Shown here: positions 8,614 to 17,649 of the stretch, one piece after another
How positions within the stretch are numbered: the first letter of the stretch is position 1
How the letters are laid out: each line of letters begins with the position of its first letter
Source: a virus
Taxonomy: Duplodnaviria > Caudoviricetes
Strand: one strand, 5' to 3'
Length of the DNA stretch: 27,039 nt
IMG/VR virus record: IMGVR_UViG_3300041403_000630
Location: 1-27,039 of that record
The notes under the pieces: model-generated
Seen by the model: the letters and a program-made list of their open reading frames with translations, nothing else
What the model was told of the DNA's origin: nothing
The model's database searches: none
Program-made: the position numbers and the translations under genes

Positions 8614-8651
8614 AATGAATAGGGCGGGGAGGGAAGATCCCCCCCCGCCCC
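8614..8651 (-). terminator. GC-rich hairpin terminator downstream of the major capsid gene (T7 T-phi-like position)
   Basis: Minus strand reads GGGCGGGGGGGG-ATCTT-CCCTCCCCGCCC followed by TATTCATT: a 12-bp stem with one G:U pair. The imperfect U-tract suggests read-through. Confidence 0.7.
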
Positions 8652-8668
8652 GAATGTACCCGTCTGGA

Positions 8669-9850
8669 TCAGGTGATGACGCCGATGATGCCGGCAGTCC
8701 AGGGGCAGAGCACGTCGGCTCCGACCATGATCTGCGACTTCATGAACTTGGTGTTCCGGCGTTCGTCGTCCTGGATCACGCTGCGGATGCCCGCCGCCTG
8801 AACCATGCCCATCGAGGCCGCACCTTCGGACGCACCGCAGAGAGCGAGCGCCGCCGGCACCGCGTTCTCGGCCGCAGCGTCAGCGTCGTACCCGGGGTCG
8901 CCGGCATCCTTGATAGCGTTAGCACCACCCGTGGCGTCGAGGCCGTGGGGAGAGTAGTCGTACTTCGTGTTCGGGTTGCCGGCGTTGTTGATCGCCGTGA
9001 CACTTGCCGCCGGCAGGTGGTTGGTGACGATCAGGTTGAACCCCTCGAGCACGCCGATGATTCGGCGGTTGAGGTCGCCGGGCACCGAGGTGACATCCTT
9101 GGAGTAGATGTTGCCGGCGGGACCAGCAGCCGAAGACGCACCACCCATGACGGTCGTCGCCTCGTGGCGAAGGATCGTCCGGATGTGCGGCGGGATGAAC
9201 AGGTACCGGCCGTCCTCGGGCACGTTGTCCTCGTCGAACTTCTGGGCCAGCTCAGCGCAGTCGTCGCGGAACTTGCCCGAACCCGTCGAGTCGTTGGTGT
9301 ACGCCGCAGTGATCGACGCCGGGGTGGCACCAGACAGGGTGGCGCTGGTGGCACCAGCGCCGTCATCACGGAACACGCCCTTGCCGCCGTTGTGGATGCC
9401 GGAAACAGCAGCCGTCTGAGCAGCACGGATGCCGACGATCGCCAGCTTCTTGTCCAGGTCGATCGCAAGGGAGCGGCCGAGCTTGGTGGCGAAGGGGGCG
9501 AGGACGTCGAAGTGCGCGATGTTGAGGTCGTTGAACGGAACGTCAATGTGGCTGACCAGGATGTCGTCCACGCGGACGATGCCTTCGGTCATCTTGATCG
9601 TGCCATCCAGCATCTCATTGCCGGGAGTGTGGTAGCTCGGCGTGGGGTCGGTACCCATGATCGGCCACTGGGCTTCATGCCCGCCGGTCAGGACCTTGGT
9701 CGCCATGATGTTGCCGGTGTTGTCGAAGAACACAGTCTTGTTGGTGAACGACTCGTACACCTGGCCACTGAACACCTTCAGTGCCAGAGCGCGATCGTCC
9801 GCCGAGTTGTCCAGGTTCCGGAGGAACCGTGAGGGGGCGGTGTTTGCCAT
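8669..9850 (-). CDS. Major capsid protein (T7 gp10-like)
   Basis: DRALALKVFSGQVYESF, GHEAQWPIMG, YHTPG, IVRVDDILVS, LGRSLAIDLD, FDEDNVPEDGRY and GADVLCP match T7-type capsids. Follows the scaffold gene. Confidence 0.95.
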   Translation of the reverse strand: MANTAPSRFLRNLDNSADDRALALKVFSGQVYESFTNKTVFFDNTGNIMATKVLTGGHEAQWPIMGTDPTPSYHTPGNEMLDGTIKMTEGIVRVDDILVSHIDVPFNDLNIAHFDVLAPFATKLGRSLAIDLDKKLAIVGIRAAQTAAVSGIHNGGKGVFRDDGAGATSATLSGATPASITAAYTNDSTGSGKFRDDCAELAQKFDEDNVPEDGRYLFIPPHIRTILRHEATTVMGGASSAAGPAGNIYSKDVTSVPGDLNRRIIGVLEGFNLIVTNHLPAASVTAINNAGNPNTKYDYSPHGLDATGGANAIKDAGDPGYDADAAAENAVPAALALCGASEGAASMGMVQAAGIRSVIQDDERRNTKFMKSQIMVGADVLCPWTAGIIGVIT

Positions 9851-9890
9851 TGGAATGGTCTCGTATTGTGGTCGCTACTTAGGTGCGAGG

Positions 9891-10289
9891 TCAGTCAGCT
9901 CCGGACGGTGTCCCCGGCGGATCTCCGGTATCGGGGGCGTCGTTCGCGTTCATCGTCGCGGTCTTGGAAGCAGCACGTCGCCGCTTCCTGGTTTCGGCGG
10001 GCTTGAGTTTGGCGAGCTCGGATTCGAGCTGCTCAATCTTTTCCGCCTGAGTCTTGGTGGTTTCCTGGAGTGTCGCTGCACTGGCCGTGTCGATGACCCG
10101 ATCGCCGACCTTCTCCAGCGCAGCATCGCAGGCTGTCTGCTCATTCCAGCCGGTGGCACTCGCAACATGCTCTCCGGTCAGCGAGTCTCTGAGCCCGCAA
10201 TACAGCTGTCCGTCGATGGAGCGGAACTTGACTTCGCAACGGATCTTGGCCAGGCGTTCAAAGCTGGCATCGCTAATGAGTAGGGGCAT
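9891..10289 (-). CDS. Hypothetical protein between scaffold and capsid
   Basis: ATG at 10289 overlaps the scaffold stop (TGATG). Small globular N-terminus, a coiled coil, then a basic/low-complexity tail. Confidence 0.7.
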   Translation of the reverse strand: MPLLISDASFERLAKIRCEVKFRSIDGQLYCGLRDSLTGEHVASATGWNEQTACDAALEKVGDRVIDTASAATLQETTKTQAEKIEQLESELAKLKPAETRKRRRAASKTATMNANDAPDTGDPPGTPSGAD

Positions 10290-11209
10290 CAACCGACTCC
10301 TTCAAGGAGGTGCTGCGGGGTCCGGGCGAGCTTGGCTTTCGTCTCGTCGGACATGAACCCGTTGTGCCTGGCGGCCTCGAAGGCCATGAGGACTTCACGG
10401 GTCGAGGTGAATCCCGCCGGCTCGGGCGGTGCCACTTCGGTGGCGTCCATCAGGGGTCTCGACTGGGCAGTGCCCGTCGCCTGGGACTGATCGAACATCA
10501 TTTCCTTCAAGGCCGACTGCCAGGTGCGGGGGTCGGCCAGTCTCTGGTTCAGCTGCTCCTGCTGGAAGGGCGTGTAGTTGTTGGCTGCCCACTGGTAGAG
10601 GTTCTGGAGCTGGGCTTCGCCGCCGACCATGTCCCTGGCGGAAGCCAGCATCTGCTGCTGGGTCGCGTTCGCCGACTGCTGCATGGAATACTGGCCGGCC
10701 ACGAAGGTATCGACGACCTGGCGGCTGTACCCGATGCCCTTGAGGGCCTCGTACTGCTCGTCGGTCAGCTGCCCGTGGTTCTCCCATTGCTCGGCAAGCT
10801 GCTTCCCGTCCAGGCTGGCGGCCTCGAGCACGCCGGCAACGTCTCGGTCGGCGAATGGGCCGTGCTGCTCGATCTTGATCTCGGCATCCTGCTCAGCGGT
10901 CCTCGCGTCCTGCTGGCTCAGCTCGGTGATCTTGCGTTGGGCCTCCTGGTAGGCCTTCTCCAGGTCCTCGACGGTCTCATACTTGCCGGCGAGCTTGGCC
11001 TTTTCCGCTTGCTCGACTTCGGCGGCATGTGCCTTTCGTGCCTCTTCCTGGTCGGGGAAGCTGGCCTCGGCCGCACCATCGCCAATGACCTGGACGTTCT
11101 CTGGGGCAGTCGTGCCCTCAGCGACCGGGAGGTTGTCGATGGGGCTGGTGTGCTCTGGTTGGCTGGGTGGTGCGGTGACGGGGGGGAGCCCCGTAGCTTC
11201 CTCACTCAT
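10289..11209 (-). CDS. Capsid assembly scaffolding protein (T7 gp9-like)
   Basis: LAGKYETVEDLEKAYQEAQRKI, GQLTDEQYEALKGIGYSRQVVDTFVAGQ and VGGEAQLQNLYQWAANN. Acidic; sits between portal and capsid. Confidence 0.9.
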   Translation of the reverse strand: MSEEATGLPPVTAPPSQPEHTSPIDNLPVAEGTTAPENVQVIGDGAAEASFPDQEEARKAHAAEVEQAEKAKLAGKYETVEDLEKAYQEAQRKITELSQQDARTAEQDAEIKIEQHGPFADRDVAGVLEAASLDGKQLAEQWENHGQLTDEQYEALKGIGYSRQVVDTFVAGQYSMQQSANATQQQMLASARDMVGGEAQLQNLYQWAANNYTPFQQEQLNQRLADPRTWQSALKEMMFDQSQATGTAQSRPLMDATEVAPPEPAGFTSTREVLMAFEAARHNGFMSDETKAKLARTPQHLLEGVG

Positions 11210-12794
11210 TGGCTAGCTCCTGCTCTGCGCGGGCTTGTTCAGTGTTCCCGATGACGTCCACGGCCTTGCCCGCCGCCTGCTGCGCCATCATCTGTTGCAT
11301 CGCTGCTTGCTGTTCTTGCTGCATCTGCTCGGGTGATTTGAGCAGACCTGGCTCATATACGCCAGCCTGCCGCATCAGAAGATCGACCAGGACGGTCGTG
11401 TCCACCCGCTGCATGACCTCGGGCCCGAGCTGAGTCATCATCTGGAGCACCTGCATCATGCGTCCGCCATCGGCCTCTCGAGACAGGGCGGCGATGCCCG
11501 TCAGCGTCTCGATCTCGACCGTGTCGTCCGGGACGGCGGGCAGGATTCGGTCTCTCTTCATCTGGAACATGAGCCGCTCGACTAGGGGGACCTGCTGCGA
11601 GTCTGCGATCGGGGCGAACACCCCACCCAGGGCACCCTCGAGCTCGCTGGCCACCCGCTGCACCTGGAACGCAGTCACCCGCTCGCCTCGAGGGGTGGCT
11701 TCGGACTCCATGAGCATGACGGTGGCCAGGTCCTTGCGGATCGAGTCCCTGGTGTTGGCCGTGACCTGGAAGTCGGCGAGCTTGTCAGCTCGCAGCAGGC
11801 TGACATCCGTGACCTGCCCGCTCTGCACCCTGGCCTGGATCACCGATCCGGTCGGCTGGGCCAGGTCCTGAGGCCGAACCTGGGAGTTGTAGTCCACGCA
11901 GAACAGCTGCTTCGAGGCGGTCGCTGAGAAGTCCAGCAAGCTCATCGTGAGCTCGTTCATGGATCGGATGTCGCCCAGGTTGAGCTCGACCAGGCCACGC
12001 CCGTAGCTCTCGCCTGGGGCCAGCTCGTAGGCCGTGGCCATGTATGGCGACACCGGGTCCTCACTGGTCCGGATGATGTGGCCGTGCATCTCCTGCTCGA
12101 TCACCCATCGGCTTGTCATCGGGTTCCACTCGCAGAGCGTGTAGAGATCCTCGAGTCGATCGCTGGGGTACTTGCCTGCCATGTCCTCCCGCCGCATGTC
12201 GCAGAGCTCGAGCTCGGCGTCAGACAGGGTCATGGGGTCGATCTGCTCCATGATGACGTGGCACAGCACGTCGCCGGAGCTGTCCCGCTTGGTGACGTAC
12301 TGGTCCCGGCGGAACACCTTGATCCGGTAGTCGTCGGTCAGCTGCTCGAGCACGTCTCCCGTGACCAGGAGCTGCGTCAGAGCCTGCCGCTTCCTGGTCC
12401 GGAACCCGGATCGCCGGCGGTTGCCGCCTCGAGCTCCGGTGTAGGCCGACTCGAGCGTGGCCTGCATCGTCATCTCCTGGAGGAACAACGCCTGCTCGAT
12501 CTGCTGCTTGGTGGCGGCATCGACGGTCTCGTCATACTCGAGCTGGGATGCCATTCGGAGGGCGAAGAACGGCCGCCCAGGGGGGTAGAGGGCGAGGAGC
12601 AGTCGTCCCTCTAGGTTGGTGATCCCCCGAGCGGCCAGGCTCGAGAATGGTTCGGGCAGTGTGTCTCCGTCTGCCATTCCCTCGGGAGGAAGGACCCAGG
12701 GCTTCGTCAGCGATGAGCAGAATCGCGCCCGGTCGAGGAGCGTTTGCCGCTTGCTGCTGAGATTTGTGTAGAAGTCCTTGATCCTTCCGTTCAT
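11202..12794 (-). CDS. Portal (head-to-tail connector, T7 gp8-like)
   Basis: SLAARGITNLEGRLLLALYP, GESYGRGLVELNLGDIRSMNEL and GERVTA..ASELEGALGGVF match gp8. 530 aa. Confidence 0.95.
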   Translation of the reverse strand: MNGRIKDFYTNLSSKRQTLLDRARFCSSLTKPWVLPPEGMADGDTLPEPFSSLAARGITNLEGRLLLALYPPGRPFFALRMASQLEYDETVDAATKQQIEQALFLQEMTMQATLESAYTGARGGNRRRSGFRTRKRQALTQLLVTGDVLEQLTDDYRIKVFRRDQYVTKRDSSGDVLCHVIMEQIDPMTLSDAELELCDMRREDMAGKYPSDRLEDLYTLCEWNPMTSRWVIEQEMHGHIIRTSEDPVSPYMATAYELAPGESYGRGLVELNLGDIRSMNELTMSLLDFSATASKQLFCVDYNSQVRPQDLAQPTGSVIQARVQSGQVTDVSLLRADKLADFQVTANTRDSIRKDLATVMLMESEATPRGERVTAFQVQRVASELEGALGGVFAPIADSQQVPLVERLMFQMKRDRILPAVPDDTVEIETLTGIAALSREADGGRMMQVLQMMTQLGPEVMQRVDTTVLVDLLMRQAGVYEPGLLKSPEQMQQEQQAAMQQMMAQQAAGKAVDVIGNTEQARAEQELANE

Positions 12795-12985
12795 CAGCCG
12801 CCTCCGCTGTAGGGGCCAGCGCCCTCGCTGGGCTTCGGAATCACCAGCGACCTGGCGGAACCCTTCCGACGCTTGCCAGTCCTGGCGGATGCGTCAGCGG
12901 ATCCCTCCTCGAAGGGGGTGTCCTCGGCCGGCGGCGGCGGGGGAGTCGGCGGGGGAGGGGGGCTTCCGCCCTTACCGCCACCCAT
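12794..12985 (-). CDS. Small Pro/Gly-rich virion protein (gp7.3-like position)
   Basis: MGGGKGGSPPPPP...RRKGSARSLVIP resembles the small genes that precede the portal in T7-like phages. TGATG overlap with the portal. Confidence 0.75.
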   Translation of the reverse strand: MGGGKGGSPPPPPTPPPPPAEDTPFEEGSADASARTGKRRKGSARSLVIPKPSEGAGPYSGGG

Positions 12986-12988
12986 TAG

Positions 12989-13438
12989 TCAAGCCTCGTC
13001 ATGTCTGAGTTCCTTGGGAATGAGTCTGCATTCGGATCGCAGGCATCCGTAGATCGCTGCATCGACTACCTGACCATCAGGGAGCCGCCACCCCTCGCGG
13101 AGCACGCCTTCACGCTTGAAGCACATGCCCTCGAGCAGTCGTTCGTTCCGCTCATATCCATCGACACACATGGCATTGATGCGATGGCAGCCCATGGTCT
13201 CGAAAGCGTAGCGGAAACAGTATTTGTAGAACCCCAGGGCCACCTTTGACGGGTCGTCGATGGCCAGGTGGATGTTGACCGAGTGCCGATTCCAGCTCTC
13301 GAACACCATGCCGGCCACGATCGTCCCGTCCTGGTCCACCACGCCCACGGCCTGGTAGTTCTCGTACCCGTCGGGGGCATGAGCTCGGTCGGCCACGAAG
13401 TCAGCGACCTCGCCTGGCCGATCAGTCAGTAGTGGCAT
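12989..13438 (-). CDS. GNAT-family acetyltransferase-like protein
   Basis: CFRYAFETMGCHRINAMC..NERLLEGMCFKREGVLREG is the RimJ/RimL-type C-terminal motif. Common in podophage head/tail modules. Confidence 0.85.
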   Translation of the reverse strand: MPLLTDRPGEVADFVADRAHAPDGYENYQAVGVVDQDGTIVAGMVFESWNRHSVNIHLAIDDPSKVALGFYKYCFRYAFETMGCHRINAMCVDGYERNERLLEGMCFKREGVLREGWRLPDGQVVDAAIYGCLRSECRLIPKELRHDEA

Positions 13439-13622
13439 CGGGCACCAGCCTCAGCAGCTCATCGACGATGGACCTCCGGCCGGCCTGGAAGACCAGCTCC
13501 TGGATCGCCTCGTCGTTGGCGAGCACGTTTCTGACCACGGGAGGGGGGTTGAGCTTGTCGAGTTGTTCGACCAGGTCCTCGGAGAACCGGGGCAACCGGG
13601 TCGGGAGATCAGTCTCGTCCAC
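13422..13622 (-). CDS. Conserved small podophage protein, 66 aa
   Basis: The pattern LPRFSEDLVEQLDKLNP...LVFQAGRRSIVDEL is typical of small ORFs upstream of T7-like portals. Short overlaps on both sides. Confidence 0.75.
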   Translation of the reverse strand: MDETDLPTRLPRFSEDLVEQLDKLNPPPVVRNVLANDEAIQELVFQAGRRSIVDELLRLVPDATTD

Positions 13623-14058
13623 GCAGGAACCCCCTCTTGTCCATCCAGGACTGGAGCCCGCCGGGTGTAGTCACCGACCTGGGCACCTCGATCCCGTCTT
13701 GCTTCAGCACGTCCTTGACGATCCCCAGGCAGTCGCCGGAGTACGGCACCAGGCCGAGCGTCACCCATCGGAGCACGATCCTGGTCCAGCTCGGGGGCGG
13801 CATGTCCTCGTACCTGGTCAGATCGACCGGCCGGCGGCGTCCCAGGTGGAACGCGACCTGGGGTCGGACCTGGTTGAACGTGGCGTAGAGCACTCGAGGA
13901 ACGTACCTGGTGCCCTCGCCCAGCTTCATGTCCAGGACAGCGTGCTCATCGCCGATCGCTACATGGGAGCACCAGCTCAGCGTGAACAGGCGGACAGCCC
14001 TGGCCGTCCAGTGATTCCTGGTCGAGAAGTAGACCGACATTGACGGAATGTCCTTCAT
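13609..14058 (-). CDS. Permuted papain-like (NlpC/P60, YiiX/YaeF-type) amidase/peptidase
   Basis: Start reassigned to ATG 14058; the track's 14280 start lies inside the RNAP gene. His motif WCSHVAIG precedes Cys motif DCLGIV and TTPGGL, which is the permuted order. Confidence 0.6.
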   Translation of the reverse strand: MKDIPSMSVYFSTRNHWTARAVRLFTLSWCSHVAIGDEHAVLDMKLGEGTRYVPRVLYATFNQVRPQVAFHLGRRRPVDLTRYEDMPPPSWTRIVLRWVTLGLVPYSGDCLGIVKDVLKQDGIEVPRSVTTPGGLQSWMDKRGFLRGRD

Positions 14059-14071
14059 TATCTTCGGCCCC

Positions 14072-16456
14072 CTACGAGAAGAAGTATGTGCTCCCCCGCA
14101 CGTCGTCGATGTTGAGCTGTCCCCTGGCCGGCGGATCGGGCAGATCCACCCCTGGCCAGTGCTCTCGCCAGTACGCGGCGAGGGCGGATATCGGGTCTCC
14201 GGAGTAGAGCCGTACGAACTGGTCCCTGGATATTTCATTGAGCTCATCAATTTCCTCGGCCAGACTCCAGAACGAATCATGGACGGACCCGAACGCCAGG
14301 CCCCGGCGGCGAGCCTCGGTGCCCGTCATCAGGCAGTGGCTCGCATCCTGCGAGTGCGTCCAGTTTGCGGTGATCCCCTGGATCTGGCGTGCCAGGTGGA
14401 CCTCGACCTCATCCATGCGGTAGGCCAGCGTGATCCGCTGCATGGCGGTGCGGATCGTACACTTCCCCCACTTGCGGTACGGCTGGATCACTGGGAACCC
14501 CAGCGGCGTGACCCACTGAATCCCCTTCATTGGATCGTGCTTGCACAGGGCCCGGCCGGCCTCTTCGAACCAGGTGAACAGGTCGTTGGCCCGGCCGCAG
14601 ACCTCGCCGATGCTGTCCAGGACGAGCTCGCTGAGGTCGCGGCTCATCGGGAACAGCTTCTCCCTGGGGAACTCGAGCTTCTTCAGCTTGTCCCGCACCT
14701 GGTCACGAGCTCCCACGCGGGTGCATCCGTAGACCTTGGTCATCGTCGGCTGCTTAGCGAGCAGGCGGCCGTGCCGATCAAGCAGCTCGCCGTACTCCGG
14801 ATTCGTGTTCCGCTTCCTGGCTACCGTGGCCACGTCCTGGTAGGCGTCGGCCGGCCAGTCGTCTGGCGTGCTGGGTAGCAGGTTCACCCTTGCCCCCGCG
14901 ATCTCGCAGCTGGCAGCTGCGGCCATGTGCTGGAGCCCGTTCAGTGACCCGTCGATCTTGCACGGGAAACGCTCGCCCACCTCGGGGTAGGTGATGGCCA
15001 TGGCGGTAGCCAGAAACTGCCAGGGCTCCTCCGCATCGTGCCATCGGGTGTCACTCAGAGGGTTGCGGGCGACCGAGTCGATCATCTCCCGCTCCTGGTC
15101 AGCCCATTCGACCCGCTGCGTCAGGGGTACCTTGTCCACCCCGTACGCATTCGCAGCCTCGACCCGCAGCCACCACCTGCCTCGAGGGGTGAGGGGCTTG
15201 CCCTCGGCGAAGAGCAGCAGGCCTCGAGCGCAGTCATTGCTTTGCGGGTTCAGGTACAGCGGAATGGGGTAGACCCTGGACCGGAAGCAGGCAGAGTGCG
15301 GCAGGTGGAATCGCTTGTGCCGCATCTCTCCGGCTAGCGTCAGTCGCTGGATGAACTCAGCTCGAGCCCCTCTTGCCTTGGCGTTCGCCGTGTGTACCTC
15401 GTGGGCCTGCCGCTTCCACTTCTTCAGCAGGTTAGGGTCGGCCTCGATCACCGGAGACTTTGGCGGCATGGGGCGATCGCTGGCCGGCGGGATGCCGGGG
15501 CCGCCGGCTCCGCTCTCCCACAGGTTCTTCATGACCAGGTAGACCAGGTTGTTGACGGTCCACGCCTGGCTCGAGACTGCGTTCAGCCCCTCGTAGTAGG
15601 CAGTCATGTCTGCCTGCTCGATGGCCTCGGTCTGCTCGGGCGTTGGTTTGTTCAGCAGTGGGGTCCTGACCTTGACGTACCCGCCGGCGTGCTCGTTGGA
15701 CCAGGGGTAGGGCTCGACCAGCATCGGCATGTACCTGGGACGCAGGCCCTGGCGGAAGACGTGCCCGTCCTCGAGCAGGTCGAACACCTCCGGCACCATG
15801 CGAATCACACCCTTCTTCTGGTTGTCCCGCCACTGCTTCTCATGCACGAACGCCGGCGAGAACTTCTCCGTGTAGGGCAAGAAGCTGGCTGACTTGACCA
15901 GGCAGTTGAGCAGGCTCGAGCCCAGGTGAACTGCCACCTTGCGGTTCCAGACGTGGTTCGTCAGGCTTCGCTTCGCCCACCAGTTGATTCGCTGCGTGTT
16001 CAGCCTCTTGAACTTGCGATCCAGATCCCTCAGTGTGGCGTTGCTGTCCTTCTTCAGCAGGTCCATGTGGATCTCGGCGATAACTGCGGCCCCGATCGCG
16101 TACGCCACCCGTGGCAAGAGATCGCCGTTGGGCTCGGCCATGCACCTGCTCATCGTGGTGTGGATGACGAGGAACGCCAGCCGGTCGGTGTCCAGGGCGC
16201 AGAGAATCGGGGCATACATGCCACGCCCAGGTCCGGGCTTGCCGGCCAGGCAGGCCTGCCGCTCGAGATCCACGGCGATGGCAAGGGGCTCCATCCAATG
16301 GACCACCATCCGCTCCGCCGGCTTCAGGCTGGCCCCGTCTTCGCGGGCGATAGCCTCGTCGGCCAGGCGGCGGTACCGAGCTGCCCCCCGTGCGATCGCC
16401 TCCTCCTCGAGCTTGATCTGGTCGGCCAGGATTGATCCGTCAAGCAGTGCTTCCAT
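14072..16456 (-). CDS. Single-subunit DNA-directed RNA polymerase (T7 gp1 family)
   Basis: PMLVEPYPW, LNPQSNDCARGLLLFAEGK, EEPWQFLA, motif A DGSLNGLQH, motif B RLLAKQPTMTKVYG, WVTPLGFPVIQPY, NWTHSQDASH and motif C SVHDSF. Confidence 0.97.
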   Translation of the reverse strand: MEALLDGSILADQIKLEEEAIARGAARYRRLADEAIAREDGASLKPAERMVVHWMEPLAIAVDLERQACLAGKPGPGRGMYAPILCALDTDRLAFLVIHTTMSRCMAEPNGDLLPRVAYAIGAAVIAEIHMDLLKKDSNATLRDLDRKFKRLNTQRINWWAKRSLTNHVWNRKVAVHLGSSLLNCLVKSASFLPYTEKFSPAFVHEKQWRDNQKKGVIRMVPEVFDLLEDGHVFRQGLRPRYMPMLVEPYPWSNEHAGGYVKVRTPLLNKPTPEQTEAIEQADMTAYYEGLNAVSSQAWTVNNLVYLVMKNLWESGAGGPGIPPASDRPMPPKSPVIEADPNLLKKWKRQAHEVHTANAKARGARAEFIQRLTLAGEMRHKRFHLPHSACFRSRVYPIPLYLNPQSNDCARGLLLFAEGKPLTPRGRWWLRVEAANAYGVDKVPLTQRVEWADQEREMIDSVARNPLSDTRWHDAEEPWQFLATAMAITYPEVGERFPCKIDGSLNGLQHMAAAASCEIAGARVNLLPSTPDDWPADAYQDVATVARKRNTNPEYGELLDRHGRLLAKQPTMTKVYGCTRVGARDQVRDKLKKLEFPREKLFPMSRDLSELVLDSIGEVCGRANDLFTWFEEAGRALCKHDPMKGIQWVTPLGFPVIQPYRKWGKCTIRTAMQRITLAYRMDEVEVHLARQIQGITANWTHSQDASHCLMTGTEARRRGLAFGSVHDSFWSLAEEIDELNEISRDQFVRLYSGDPISALAAYWREHWPGVDLPDPPARGQLNIDDVRGSTYFFS

Positions 16457-16826
16457 CCGCTCCGAACCCCCCTTCGACCACCTCGTACACCTCGAACTTC
16501 GTGCTCTTCCGCTTCACCAGGAACAGCTGGAGCCGACCGTAAGATCGCCACAGTCGTTTGTTCTTCTTGAACACCGGGGTCTCGATCCCCTTGACATCGA
16601 CGTAGTACGGGATGCCATCTCGAGGGATGACCAGGAAGTCCGGGATGTATTTGTTCTCCGGCACGCCGAGCCAGAGCTTGGGCTGCTCGACGTACTCGAT
16701 GATGAGGCCGGCATCCAGCATCTGCTGGAGCTCCACGGCGTAGAGCATCTCGGCCTTCGAGGGGTAGGTCTTGCCCAGGAACTTGCGTTGGTCAGCCGGT
16801 GCCACCCGGAACTTGTTTCGTCTCAT
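16440..16826 (-). CDS. DUF1064-like PD-(D/E)XK endonuclease (probable resolvase)
   Basis: NKF..YPSKAE...EQPK...YIPDFLV...YVDVKGIETPVFKKNKRLW. Confidence 0.8.
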   Translation of the reverse strand: MRRNKFRVAPADQRKFLGKTYPSKAEMLYAVELQQMLDAGLIIEYVEQPKLWLGVPENKYIPDFLVIPRDGIPYYVDVKGIETPVFKKNKRLWRSYGRLQLFLVKRKSTKFEVYEVVEGGFGADGSTA

Positions 16827-17649
16827 AGCCGTGCTCCATGGCTGCGTCGATCACGATGCGGATCTGCTCGGCGGTAGCGCCTTGCTCGACCCAATCCCTG
16901 GCGTCCTTGCCTTGCAGTGGCTCGATCACCTTCACACTCTGGCACTGGCCGGCCAGCTTCTCAGCCAGGCTAGCAGCACCCTTCCGACCCGGCGAGTCCC
17001 GGTCGCTCACGATCACGGCTGACCTGGTACCGACGAATCGCTGGCAGATGTCCGCCGCCCCGGTGCATGACGGCCGGCCGATGGCGATGAATCCCAGGTT
17101 CCACAGGTGCATGGCATCGGTCGGGCCCTCGCCGATGAGCACCTCGTCCGTGGTCATGCCCTTGATCTCCGGGCAGAAGATCCCCTCACGGCTGCCCTTG
17201 ATCGCCAGCTTGCGGCCTTCCCTGGTTCGCAGGCGGATGCCGACGATCTTGGTCATGTGGTCCCGCATCGGGAACGTCCACGCCTGATGCTGCACCGACC
17301 ACCCGATCCCGAACAGCAGCGTCCATGGCTGACCGACGCCGATCTGCCGCTCGAGCTCGGACTCGAGCTCATCGTCCAAGTCTTGGATGAACCGAGCCTG
17401 GGCTGATGTCCAGTCGATCGCCGGCTTGGGCTTCGGCATAGCCTTGGGCTTAGGCTTCCAGGTATCGCCCTGGCCAGGGACGAAGACGTTGCCGCCGTGC
17501 TCGTCGCTCTTGACCAGGCGATACCCAGGCGGGGGCTCAGCTGTTCTCATGCACCTGATCGTCCCGTCGGCAGTGCGTCCGCACCAGTCGGGCTTCCCGC
17601 AGGCAGGGCATGGCTTCGATCGTGTCGCCCTAGACCAGGTCATGTCCAT
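16792..17649 (-). CDS. DNA primase-like protein (N-terminal Zn finger plus Toprim domain)
   Basis: PCPACGKPDWC..C zinc motif, FPMRD..IVGIRLR, Toprim IGEGPTDA and IVSDRDSPG, KDARDW. No helicase domain fused. Start may be 17643. Confidence 0.85.
   Translation of the reverse strand: MDMTWSRATRSKPCPACGKPDWCGRTADGTIRCMRTAEPPPGYRLVKSDEHGGNVFVPGQGDTWKPKPKAMPKPKPAIDWTSAQARFIQDLDDELESELERQIGVGQPWTLLFGIGWSVQHQAWTFPMRDHMTKIVGIRLRTREGRKLAIKGSREGIFCPEIKGMTTDEVLIGEGPTDAMHLWNLGFIAIGRPSCTGAADICQRFVGTRSAVIVSDRDSPGRKGAASLAEKLAGQCQSVKVIEPLQGKDARDWVEQGATAEQIRIVIDAAMEHGYETKQVPGGTG

Noticed and set aside
8652-8720. T7 gp10B-style capsid frameshift extension
   Set aside because: No slippery sequence is evident near the capsid stop, and a terminator hairpin follows immediately.
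8615-9832. 405-aa plus-strand ORF
   Set aside because: Antisense to the major capsid gene; Arg/Gly-rich shadow translation.
9851-9890. Candidate phage-RNAP late promoter upstream of the capsid gene
   Set aside because: The position is plausible, but I found no second copy (for example near 14059-14075), so no consensus can be supported.
14059-14280. Extended N-terminus of the 13609-14280 ORF, and similar extensions for 19539, 20177, 23406, 24439, 25584, 25754 and 26431
   Set aside because: The extensions overlap upstream genes or promoters. Internal starts with SD sequences or stop/start coupling fit better.
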